Source: Scenedesmus sp. PABB004 (Eukaryota). Taken from it: 64,000 nucleotides of DNA. The DNA lies in contig JABVCE010000004.1 of assembly GCA_014905635.1 (NCBI GenBank), positions 1,674,001 to 1,738,000 of the forward strand, in the 5' to 3' direction. A model generated the notes under the pieces. The model had not been told where the DNA came from and searched no databases. It was given only the letters and a program-made list of their open reading frames with translations. The translations under genes were made by a program, and so were the position numbers. Shown here piece by piece: positions 12,401 to 24,400 of the stretch (position 1 is its first letter; each line of letters begins with the position of its first letter).

Positions 12401-15400
12401 CAGCCTGACCGCGGCGGCCGGCGGCGTGACCTGTGCGCTGTCCGGCCTGCTGGCGCGCCGCATCACCAGGCAGGCGCTCGCCGCTGCCGCGGGCGCCGGC
12501 GCCGCCGCTGCAGCCGGCAGCGGTGCCGCAGCGCCGGCGGGCGGCCAGCAGGAGGAGCACGAGGAGGAGGAGGAGGAGTATGCTGGCATGCTTTATGACA
12601 CGCTGTGGGCTGCAGAGCAGCCCTGGGAGGCTGCCGACGAGCCCGCGCCCGCGCGCGGCGCAGAGTTTGTGCTCGCCGGCGCCCCCGCCTCGACAGGCCA
12701 GCTGGCGGCGGCGCTGGCGGTCGTGCAGGCTGCGGCGGCCACCGAGGCGGCGTCGATCGGCATGCAGCTACCGCAGTCGCCAGCGACGCCTGGCGGCGCG
12801 GCGCGCGGAGCGTCACTGGCGCTCGGCGCAGCCTGCAACCTGCTCGGGCTGGCTAAATCGGGCGCCCTGGAGCTGCCCGGCACGGCTTTTGCGGCAGCGC
12901 TGAGCGGCAGCGAGCGCAGCAGCGTCCGCGTGCTGCACGCGTCGCCTGCGGGCGTGCGGGGCGACGCACACGGACGTCAGCTGGCGGCGGGAGCCTGCCT
13001 GGTTCCCAGGCTCGTGCGCGCCGCTGGCGCGGCAGACAGCCGCCACATGCAGCTCGCGCCGTCGCCGCGCGGCTCGTTCGGCGGCCTGGCGCCGCAGCCC
13101 GTCGACCTCGGCCGGCTGCGCCCCGGCCAGCTGGGCGTGCGCGTGGCGGCGGTGGGCATCAACTTCAGGGACGTGCTCAACGTCCTCGGCATGTACCCGG
13201 GCGACCCCGGCGCGCCCGGCAGCGACGTCGCGGGCGTCGTGGTCGCCGCCGGCGGCAGCGCCAGCGGCGGCACGGGCCTGGCGCCCGGGCAGGCCGTGTT
13301 TGGCCTGGCCGTGGGCGCGCTGGGCAGCGCGGTGGCGTGCTCCGCGTCCACGCTGGTGGCCATGCCTCCCTGCCTCAGCTACGAGGCTGCGGCCAGCATG
13401 CCCACGGTCTTCATCACCGCCCAGATGGCGCTGGGCGCCGTCACGGCCGTGACTGCGGGCGAGCGCGTGCTGGTGCACGCGGGCGCCGGCGGCGTGGGCC
13501 TGGCGGCGCTGCAGGTGCTGCGCGGCGCCGGCGCGACGCCGCTGGCGACCGCGGGCAGCCCCGCCAAGCGCGCGCTGCTGCGGGGCCTGGGCGTGGCGCA
13601 CGTGGTGGGGTCGCGCGACACGGCCTGCTACGCCAGCATCGCGGCGGGCGGCGGCGTGGACGTGGTGCTCAACTCGCTGACGTCGCCCGGCATGGTCGGC
13701 GGCGCGCTGGCCGTGCTGCGGCGCGGCGGTCGGTTTGTGGAGATTGGCAAGCGCGACATCTGGGGCCCCGCTGCGGTCGCGGCGGAGCGCCCGGACGTGA
13801 GCTACGGCCTGCTGGCCGTTGACTTCCTGCCGGACGGCGTCGTGCACGCGGCGCTGCGGGCCGTGGCGGCGGGCGTCGCGGCCGGGCAGCTGGCGCCGCT
13901 GCCGACCGTGAGCTACGGCCTGGCCGCGGCGGCGGCGGCGCTGCGGCAGATGAGCCAGGCGCGGCACGTGGGCAAGGTGGTGGTCAGCACCTCCCTGCCC
14001 GCGGCGGCGCCCGCGGCCGGCGCGGGCCGCGTGCTGGTCACCGGCGGCCTGGGCGCGCTGGGCGGCCTGGTGGCTGCCTGGCTGGCAGGCCAGGGCGTGC
14101 GGCAGCTGCACCTGCTGGGCCGCAGCGCGTGCCTGCAGGCGGGCGGCAGCGCGCAGCGCCTGTGCGCCGCCGGCGGCTGCGCCAGCCAGGTGGTGGTGAG
14201 CCAGTGCGACGCGGCGGCTGCCGAGGACCTTGCCGCTGCGCTGGACTGCGGCGGCGGGCTGCTGCCCGTCGAGGTGGTGATCCACGCCGGCGGCGTGCTG
14301 GCCGACGCCACGCTGGCGGCGCAGCAGCTGCGCGGCGTGCGCGCGGTGGCGGGCGCCAAGCTGCCCGCCGCGCAGCGCTTTGCTGTGCTGGCGGCGCGGC
14401 AGCCCGTGCGCAGCGTGGTGCTGTTCAGCAGCGTTGCGAGCCTGCTGGGCTCGCCCGGGCAGGCCAACTACGCCGCCGCCAACGCGGGCCTGGACGCGGC
14501 CGCGAGCGCGGCGCAGCTGGCGGGCGTGCCGGCGGTGTCGGTGCAGTGGGGCGCGTGGGCGGGCGGCGGCATGGCGGCGGCCGACGCGTCGACCGCGGCG
14601 CGCGTGGAGCGGCTGGGCATGGGTCTGATCGCCCCGGGGGCGGGCCTCGCCGCGCTCGAGGGCGCGCTCGGTCGGCTCTGCGCCGGCCTGCACCCTGGCG
14701 GCGCGCCGCCGGCTGCGACGGCAGCCGTGCCGTTCGCGTGGCCCGCCTTTCTGTCGCGCCAGGCGCAGCAGCGCGGCGGCCGCGGCGCGGCGCCGGTTTT
14801 CAGCGAGTTTGGGCCGGCCACGCTGCTGGTCGGCGGCGCGGGCGACTCCGACGGCGAGCGCGCGACGCCGTCCCAGGCGCCCGTGCCGTCGCTGGACGCG
14901 CTGCGCGACACCATCCACAGCGCCGTGCGCGAGGTGCTGGGCAGCGCGGTCGCGGACGACGCGCCGCTCATGGCTGCGGGGCTGGACAGCCTCGGCAGCG
15001 TCGAGCTGCGGGTGAGGGGCCGCACACCCCGCGCGCTGCGCCGCCTGGCCCTGCGCATGCGCGCACGCGCGCGCACGCTGGCCGTCTGGGCCGCGGGGCG
15101 GCCCGTCCTCACCCGCCTGCCGCTGCCTGCGGCCGTCGCGCGAAGAACACGCTGGAGGGCCGGCTCGGGCTGCGCCTGCCGGCCACGCTGATCTTCGATC
15201 ACCCGTCCGTCGCCGCTCTGGCCGCCTACGCCAGCGCCAAGCTGGCGCCTGGCCGCACCGCGCAGCAGGCCGCGCAGCACGCCGCGCCGCAGCCGCGCCG
15301 CGCGCCGCGTGGCGCGGCCGGGCCGGCCGGGCCCTCGCTCGCCGTGGCCGTCGCGGGCGCCGCCAGCCGGCTGCCTGCGGCCCTGACGCTCGACGCTGCC

Positions 15401-18400
15401 GGCCTGGCCTGCGCGCGCACGGCTGACGCCGTGATGCGCGTCCCTGGCAGCCGCTGGGACGTCGCGCGCGCCGCCGCGGCGGCCGGCGAGGCGCAGGCGG
15501 CCTTTGGCGCGTTTGTGCTGGGCGCGGCGGCCTTTGACGCCGCGGCGTTTGGGCTGTCGTCGACCGAGGCTCTGCAGATGGACCCCCAGCAGGTGTGTGT
15601 GTGCGCGCGCGGTTGGCCGCTGACCACCTGCCGGGTGGCCGTGTGCCGCCCCCCCCCCCTTGAGCCTCGCGCCCGTCACCGCGCGCCTGGCACGCCGCCC
15701 CGCCCGCAGCGCCTGCTGCTCGAGGCCGCGCGCGAGGCGCTCGCGCCGTCGGCCGCGGCCGCCGGCGGCGCGGCGGGCGCGGCGTACCGTGCAGGGCTGG
15801 GTGCCTTTGTGGGCGTGTCGTCGCGCGACTACTTCACCCTGGGCAAAGCCCTGCCTCAGGCGCTGACCGCGTACAGCGCGACTGCGACGGCGTTGTCGGT
15901 GGTGTCCGGCCGCCTCGCCTTCACCTTTGGCCTGTCGGGGCCCGCCGTCAGCGTCGACACGGCCTGCTCCAGCAGCCTCGTCGCGGCGCACAGCGCGCTC
16001 AGCGCGCTGCGCCTCGGCCAGGCCGGCGCGGCGCTGGCGGGCGGCGCCAACCTCACGCTCTCGCCCGACACGCCCGCCATGTTCACCCGCGCCGGCATGC
16101 TCTCGCCCGAGGGCCGCTGCAAGACGCTCGACGCGGCCGCCGACGGCTACGTGCGCGCCGAGGCGGTCGGGCTGCTGCTGCTGGAGGCATGGCCCGGCAC
16201 GGCCGCCGCCGACGGCGTGCCCGCAACGCAGCCGCTGGGCCTGCTGGCGGGCAGCGCGGTCAACCAGGACGGCCGCTCGTCGGCGCTGACGGCGCCCAAC
16301 GGCCCCGCGCAGCAGGCCGTGCTGCGCGCTGCGCTGGCGGACGGTGGCCTGGCGCCCGCGGACCTGGCAGGCCTCTCCATGCACGGCACGGGCACGCCGC
16401 TGGGTGCGTGCGTGGTGCAGGGGCGCGGTGCAGCGGGCCGTGCGCGCTGCCCCACACTGCCCCACGCTGCGCCGCTTCCTGGCGCTCAGCGCTGTTTGCT
16501 CACGCGCCGCCCTCACCGCCGCCCGCTCCCCGCGCAGGCGACCCGATTGAGGTCGGCGCGGCGGCCGAGGTGCTGCTGGGCGGCCCCGCCGGTCCTGCGC
16601 CGCCGGCCGGCCAGGGCGTGCAGCCACTGGTGCTGCTGAGCTCCAAGTCGTGGATGGGCCACAGTGAGCGGCGGGCTCAGCCGCAGCTGCGCTGCGCGCC
16701 TGCGCTCGCGCCGGCGCGGCGCACCGACCGCCCGCCGCCGCCGCCGCCGCCGCCCGCAGGCGAGCCGGGCGCGGGCGTCGTGGGCGTGCTGTTTGCCGCC
16801 GCCGCGCTGCGGCTGCGTGCCGCGCTGCCCATCGCGCACCTGCGCGCGCTCAACCCCATGCTGGGGCTGCTCGACGCGCCGCCCGGCGGCGGCACCGCCG
16901 CCGCCGACGCTGGTGGCGGCGGCCGGCCCTGGGTGATGCCGCGCGAGAGCGGCGGCTGGGCACGGGCCGGCGGCGCCGGCGGCGCAGTCGGGACCTCCGC
17001 GTTTGCGTACCAGGGCACAAACGCACACCTGCTGCTCCTGCCCGCGCCCAGCGGCGGCGGCGCCAGCGGCGGGGCCCGCGGCGCGCGCGCGCCGCAGCCC
17101 TGGCAGCGCCGGCGGCTGTGGCTGCTGCCGCAGCTCAGCTGGCTGGCGGCGCACGCGGCGCCGGCGCTGGCCGCCGGTGTGCTGGCGTTCCAGGCGCCGC
17201 TCGCCCACGCGCGCCTGGCCATGCTCTGGGACCACGTGGTGCGGGGGGCCGGCGTGTGACGGGGGCCGCGCTGGCAGCACTGCTGCAGCTGGAGTGCGTG
17301 CCGGCTGCGCTCGGGCCCCGACCAGGCACCCCCGCCGCGCCGCCGCCGCCCGCAGGTGTCTGGCGTCGTGCTGCTGCCAGGCGCGGCGATGCTGGAGGCG
17401 TCTGCTGCGGCAGCGCTCGCGGCCGCGGGCCCGGCGCTCGCCGACGGCGCGCGCCACCTGCTGCTGGCGGGCGTTGCCATCCAGGCGCCCTGCGCCCTGC
17501 CCGCCAGCCCCGGCGCGGCAGAGTCGGTCGTGCTGACCTGCGAGCTGGAGCTGGCCAGCGGCGCGCTGCTTCTCGCCTCCTCGCGCGACTCGCGCGCGGG
17601 CCGGCAGGCGCACCTCAGCGGCACCGTCCGCGCCACCGCGGCGCCGTCGCCGGTGCTGCACGCACAACACTCGCAGCAGCAGGGCGCCGCGCCCGCGGCG
17701 CGTGTGCCCTGGCTGCGCGCGCTGTTCGCGGCCGCGGCTGGCGCGCAGCTGCGCGGCGCGCGCAGCGGCGGCGGTGCGGCCGAGGCGTGGGCCTGCGGCC
17801 GTGCGGCGGCGGCGCCGGGCGACGAGGACGGCTTCGTGCTGCACCCCGCCCTGCTCGACGCGGCAATGCAGCTGTCTGCGGCCGCCGCGGCGGCCGTGCC
17901 GGGCGCGCACGCCGGCCGGCTGCTCGTGCCCGCCGGGGTGGACGCGCTGCTCGTCGTGCCCGACCGGGACGCGCTCTGCTCCCAGGCACCCAGCGGCGAC
18001 GACCACGCGGCAACCGCGGCGACGCGCCTGCCTGCCGGCGGGCGCAGCAGCACGTCGGCGCTTGCGCTGCACGGCCCGCGCGCCGGCGCGCCCGTGTGCC
18101 GCGTTGCCGGGTTGCTCGCCAAGGAGCTCCCGGTCGCGGCGCAAGGGGCGCAGGCAGGAGCGGCGGCAGCGCAGCGCGCAGACGGCGGCAGCATGCTGTA
18201 CGAGGTGCAGCGGGCTGCCTCGCGCCCCGCGAGCGCCGCGCTGAGCCGGCCGCGCAGCAGCGCGCACGGCGCGGAGCTGCGGCTCCGGCCCACTGTGCTC
18301 GCGGCGGCGCTCGCCGCGGTGCAGAGCGGCCTGGTCGCCAGCGGCGGCGCCGCCGTGGCGCTGCGCGCTGCGCTGGCGGACAGCGCCGCAGGCGTGCACG

Positions 18401-21400
18401 GCCTGCTGAAGGCGCTTGCCCAGGAGGCGAGCAGCTGGAAGGTTGGCGTCGCGCTCGAGGGCGCCGCTGGCGCAGCAACGACGCTCAGCTTGGTGCCTGG
18501 CACCGGCGGCGCCGGCGACGCGCACGGCGCCGCGCTGGCAGCTGGCGTGGAGCTGGCGCTCCAGCTGGTGCCGACTGCCGTGGCGCCTGCCCCCGGGCCG
18601 CACCAGCTCGTGCCGTCGCCGCGCGGCTCGTTCGGCGGCCTGGCGCCGCAGCCCGTCGACCTCGGCCGGCTGCGCCCCGGCCAGCTGGGCGTGCGCGTGG
18701 CGGCGGTGGGCATCAACTTCAGGGACGTGCTCAACGTCCTCGGCATGTACCCGGGCGACCCCGGCGCGCCCGGCAGCGACGTCGCGGGCGTCGTGGTCGC
18801 CGCCGGCGGCAGCGCCAGCGGCGGCGCGGGCCTGGCGCCCGGGCAGGCCGTGTTTGGCCTGGCCGTGGGCGCGCTGGGCAGCGCGGTGGCGTGCTCCGCG
18901 TCCACGCTGGTGGCCATGCCTCCCTGCCTCAGCTACGAGGCTGCAGCCAGCATGCCCACGGTCTTCATCACCGCCCAGATGGCGCTGGGCGCCGTCACGG
19001 CCGTGACTGCGGGCGAGCGCGTGCTGGTGCACGCGGGCGCCGGCGGCGTGGGCCTGGCGGCGCTGCAGGTGCTGCGCGGCGCCGGCGCGACGCCGCTGGC
19101 GACCGCGGGCAGCCCCGCCAAGCGCGCGCTGCTGCGGGGCCTGGGCGTGGCGCACGTGGTGGGGTCACGCGACACGGCCTGCTACGCCAGCATCGCGGCG
19201 GGCGGCGGCGTGGACGTGGTGCTCAACTCGCTGACGTCGCCCGGCATGGTCGGCGGCGCGCTGGCCGTGCTGCGGCGCGGCGGTCGGTTTGTGGAGATTG
19301 GCAAGCGCGACATCTGGGGCCCCGCTGCGGTCGCGGCGGAGCGCCCGGACGTGAGCTACGGCCTGCTGGCCGTTGACTTCCTGCCGGACGGCGTCGTGCA
19401 CGCGGCGCTGCGGGCCGTGGCGGCGGGCGTCGCGGCCGGGCAGCTGGCGCCGCTGCCGACCGTGAGCTACGGCCTGGCCGCGGCGGCGGCGGCGCTGCGG
19501 CAGATGAGCCAGGCGCGGCACGTGGGCAAGGTGGTGGTCAGCACCTCCCTGCCCGCGGCGGCGCCCGCGGCCGGCGCGGGCCGCGTGCTGGTCACCGGCG
19601 GCCTGGGCGCGCTGGGCGGCCTGGTGGCTGCCTGGCTGGCAGGCCAGGGCGTGCGGCAGCTGCACCTGCTGGGCCGCAGCGCGTGCCTGCAGGCGGGCGG
19701 CAGCGCGCAGCGCCTGTGCGCCGCCGGCGGCTGCGCCAGCCAGGTGGTGGTGAGCCAGTGCGACGCGGCGGCTGCCGAGGACCTTGCCGCTGCGCTGGAC
19801 TGCGGCGGCGGGCTGCTGCCCGTCGAGGTGGTGATCCACGCCGGCGGCGTGCTGGCCGACGCCACGCTGGCGGCGCAGCAGCTGCGCGGCGTGCGCGCGG
19901 TGGCGGGCGCCAAGCTGCCCGCCGCGCAGCGCTTTGCTGTGCTGGCGGCGCGGCAGCCCGTGCGCAGCGTGGTGCTGTTCAGCAGCGTTGCGAGCCTGCT
20001 GGGCTCGCCCGGGCAGGCCAACTACGCCGCCGCCAACGCGGGCCTGGACGCGGCCGCGAGCGCGGCGCAGCTGGCGGGCGTGCCGGCGGTGTCGGTGCAG
20101 TGGGGCGCGTGGGCGGGCGGCGGCATGGCGGCGGCCGACGCGTCGACCGCGGCGCGCGTGGAGCGGCTGGGCATGGGCCTGATCGCCCCGGGCGCGGGCC
20201 TCGCCGCGCTCGAGGGCGCGCTGGGCAGCCTCGGTCGCCTCGGCGCAGGCGCGGGCGGCCCGCCCGTGCTGGCCGCCGTGCCCTTCCACTGGCCGCGCCT
20301 GCTGCAGCGCCTCGGCCAGCCAGTGCCGAGCTTCTTTGCCTGCATGGACGCGCCTCGCGCCGCCAGCCGGGCGCGCCGCAGCGGCGTCGCCGCGGCGCGC
20401 CGCCTGCAGCCGGCGCACGTGTTGGAGCAGGTTCAGTCCTCGATTGCTGCCATCCTGGGCCGCGATGTGAGTGTGTCGCTGCGGGGGCTTGGTGGCAGGC
20501 GCTCCGCCTCCAGCGCGTCCAAGCGCGCCGACCACCGCCCCGCTGGCTGGCTCTGCCACCGCCTCAGGTGCCGCCGGACGAGCCGCTCATGGCGGCGGGG
20601 CTGGACAGCCTGGGGAGCGTGGAGCTGCGCAACAGCCTGGAGGGCGCGCTCGCGCTGAGCCTGCCGCCCACGCTGGTGCGCCGTGCGCGCGTGCGCGCCC
20701 CGGCGGGCGGGGCACCGCGCGCTCCGCAGTGCCAGCAGCAGGAACTCTGCTGCCCTGCCCGCGCAGGTGTTTGACTTCCCCTCGGCCGCTGCCATCGCTG
20801 ACTACGTGGCCAGCAAGCTGTCGGCAGCAGGGCAGGCGGAGCTCCGCGACGAGGGCGACGGCGTCGAGAGCAGCGCCTCGCCCCGCGCGCTGGCGCCCGC
20901 CGGTGGAGCGCCGCGCCTCGGCCGCGTGCTGACCGCGGCGGCTGGAGAGCAGGCTCAGCAGGCCATCGCGGTCACCGCGTTTGCTCGCAGGCGCGTCGGC
21001 GGCGGGGCACGCGTGTGCCGTCGCGCCTGCGCGCACCTGGCCGCGCTGCGCCCACGCGCGCGCGCCGCCGCCGCGGCCGCAGGGTTGCCCGCGACGTCTG
21101 GGCCGAGGGCTTTGCCGGCGACGCGTCGGCACCCATCCCGCTGGAGCGCTGGGACGTGGACGGCCCGCAGGTCGCGGCGCTGCTCGGCGGCCCGGGCGCC
21201 CCCGGGGGCGCCAACCCGGTGCGGATCGCCGTGATGCTGCCGGCTGGCGTGGCGGCGGGCTTTGACGCCGCGGCGTTTGGGCTGTCGTCGGCCGAGGCTC
21301 TGCAGATGGACCCCCAGCAGGTGTGTGCGTGCGCGCGGCCGGCCGCCGGCTTGCCTGCTGGCCGGCCGTGTGCGCCCTCTGAGCCTCGCGCCCGGCCGCC

Positions 21401-24400
21401 GCACGCCTGGCACGCCGCCCCGCCCGCAGCGCCTGCTGCTGGAGGCGTTCGTGGAGGCCTCCGCCTCGCGTGGCGGCGGCGGCCGCCGCGCGCCCCGCGG
21501 GCCGCCCTCGATCGGCAGCGGTGGCTGGGGCGCTTACGTGGGCATCAGCAGCGCCGACTATTCCAAGCTTGCCGCGCGCTACCAGCCCGGCGTGACAGCC
21601 TACAGCGCCACTGGCGCGAGCCTCAGCGTCGCCGCGGGGCGGCTGTCCTACACCTTTGGCCTGTCCGGGCCGGCGCTGGCGATCGACACCGCCTGCTCCA
21701 GCAGCCTCGTCGCGGCGCACAGCGCGGCGCTGGGCCTGCGTGCCCGCGCCATCACCGGCGCGGCGGCCGCGGGCGCCAACCTCACGCTCTCGCCCGACAC
21801 GCCCGCCATGTTCACCCGCGCCGGCATGCTCTCGCCCGAGGGCCGCTGCAAGACGCTTGACGCGGCCGCCGACGGCTACGTGCGCGCCGAGGCGGTCGGG
21901 CTGCTGCTGCTGGAGGCCTGGGCCGGCACGGCAGCCGCCGACGGCGCGCCCGCGGCGCAGCCGCTGGGCCTGCTGGCGGGCAGCGCGGTCAACCAGGACG
22001 GCCGCTCGTCGGCGCTTACGGCGCCCAACGGCCCCGCGCAGCAGGCCGTGCTGCGCGCTGCGCTGGCGGACGGCGGCCTGGCGCCCGCGGACCTGGCAGG
22101 CCTCTCCATGCACGGCACGGGCACGCCGCTGGGTGCGTGCATGGTGCAGGGGCGCGGTGCAGCGGGCCGTGCGCGCTGCCCCACACTGCCCCACGCTGCG
22201 CCGCTTCCTGGCGCTCAGCGCTGTTTGCTCACGCGCCGCCCTCGCCGCCGCCCGCTCCCCGCGCAGGCGACCCGATTGAGGTCGGCGCGGCGGCCGAGGT
22301 GCTGCTGGCGGGCGAGAGGCCCGCGCCGCTGGTGCTGGCGTCAAGCAAGGCCTGGCTCGGCCACAGTGAGCGGCGGCTCGGCGTCGGTTGCACTGCGCGC
22401 CTGCCCCCAAGCGTGGTGCGGCGCGCCGACCGCCCGCGCCCCCGCCTGCTGCCGCCGCCTGCAGGCGAGCCCGCCGCGGGCGTGGTGGGCCTGCTGCACG
22501 CCGCGCACCTGCTGGGCCACGCGGCCGCGCCGCCCATCGGCCACCTGCGCACGCTCAACCCCTACGTCCAGCGCCTCATGCCGCACGACGGCCGAGCAGC
22601 CGGCGGCTGGGCTACGCCGCGCGGCGCGGGCGGCCTGCCCAGCGCGCTCACGCCCGAGCGCCGCGCCCTGGCGGCGGTGGGGACGAGCGCGTTTGCCTTC
22701 CAGGTGGGGCCTGGCGCGCACGCGCAAACGCGCCGCGCTGCGCCGAGGCTGCGCTGCGCCGCTGTGCCTGCCGACGCGCCCGCCGCCTCTGCCGCCGCCG
22801 CGCAGGGCACCAACGCGCACGTGATCCTGGCGGCGGTGCCGCTGCGTGACGGCGCCGCGCGAGCCGCTGCGACCGGGCCCAGCGTTCTCGGCGCTGCCGG
22901 CCTCACCTGGCGGCGCCAGGCGCTGTGGCTGCTGCCACCGGTGTCTGCACTCAGCGGGCGCGCGTTGTCGCACGGCGGTGGCGTGACGACGGTGTTTGCC
23001 ATCGACCTCGCCGCGCCGCGCCTGGCATACCTGCAGGACCACAAGGTGCGGCGCCGCGGCGCGCGCGTCCGTGCGCGTCTGAGCCGCCGTGGCCCTCTGC
23101 ACCGCCGTCGCCGACACACCTGCCGCATGCCGCCGCGCAGGTCAGCGGGCGCAGCATCATGCCGGCTGCGGGCTTTCTCGAGGCTGCCGCCGCAGCGCTC
23201 GCCGTGCAGCTCCGGGCACAGCAGCAGCAGGAGCCCGGCGGCGCGCGCTCGGTCCTGCTGACGGGCGTTGTGCTGTCGGCGCCGCTGCTGCTCGCGGCGG
23301 AGAGCGGCGCGAGCCTGGCGGTCACGCTTGACGCGGACGTGGGCCGGGTCGAGGTGGCCTCGCTCAGCGCCGGCGCCAGTCGCCCCACGCTGCACCTCTC
23401 GGCGCGCGTGGGCGCTTGCGGCGAAGCGCCGCGGCAGGCGCGCACGCAGCTCGCGCACGGCGGCGGCCTGCCGCTGCTGGCGCGCGTCCTGCCTGCCCTG
23501 GCAGCGGCGGCGGCTGGCGGCGCGGCGGGCAGGGCGGGAGCGGCGCCCGCGACTGCCGCACTGGACGGCGGCGAGGCGACGTCCTCGCGTGACCACCTTC
23601 TGCACCCGGCGAGCCTCGACGCGGCGCTCCAGCTTGGCGCGGCGGCGGCCCAGCACGCCGCCCGCGGCGGCGCCGCGGATGGCGAGGTCCAGGTGCCCGC
23701 GGCCCTCGACGCGGCCCAGCTCCCAGCCGAGCCTGGCAGCGGCGCGCTGGCCTGGGCGGCGGCGCGGGTCACGCCCGGCGCCGGGGCGCGCGGCAGCTTC
23801 TGGGCGGGCGGCGGCGCGCGCGTGTCGCTGGTCGGCCTGGTGGCCAAGCCCATCGCGCGCGCGGGGGCGCAGGCGCCCGGTCTGGCAGAGCGCGCGGCGC
23901 TCGGCCGCCTGGCCTGCCCGCTCTACGCAGTCAGCCATCAGGCAGACGAGGCGGCCGAGCCGGCAGCGAGCGCGGCGGACGCGCCCAGCGGCGTCCGGCT
24001 CCGCCTCGCAGCCGGGCTCAGCGCCGCGGGCGCCGCAGGCACAGCCCTGGCGGCGCTGCAGCAGAGCCTCGCGGCCGGCCTGGGCCTGCCGGCGGCCGTG
24101 GCGGTAGCTGCCGGGCAGGGCGGTCCCGCGCCAGCCCCTGACGGCGACGCCAGCACCAGTGGCGTGCTGGGCGGCCTGCTTCGCGCGGCCGAGATGGAGA
24201 CGGGCAGCCGCCTCGGCTCAATGACTGCTGTGGCACCCGCCGCGCCAGGCGTTCAGAGCGGGGCGACGCTCAGGTTTGCGACGGGCGGCCATGGCGCAGC
24301 GGCGGCAAGCCTGCCCGGCCGATTCGTGAGTGCTGGCAGCACGTTTGCCGCACGACTCGTCGAGGCAGCGCCCGACGTCAGCCAGGGGGCGGCGATGCCG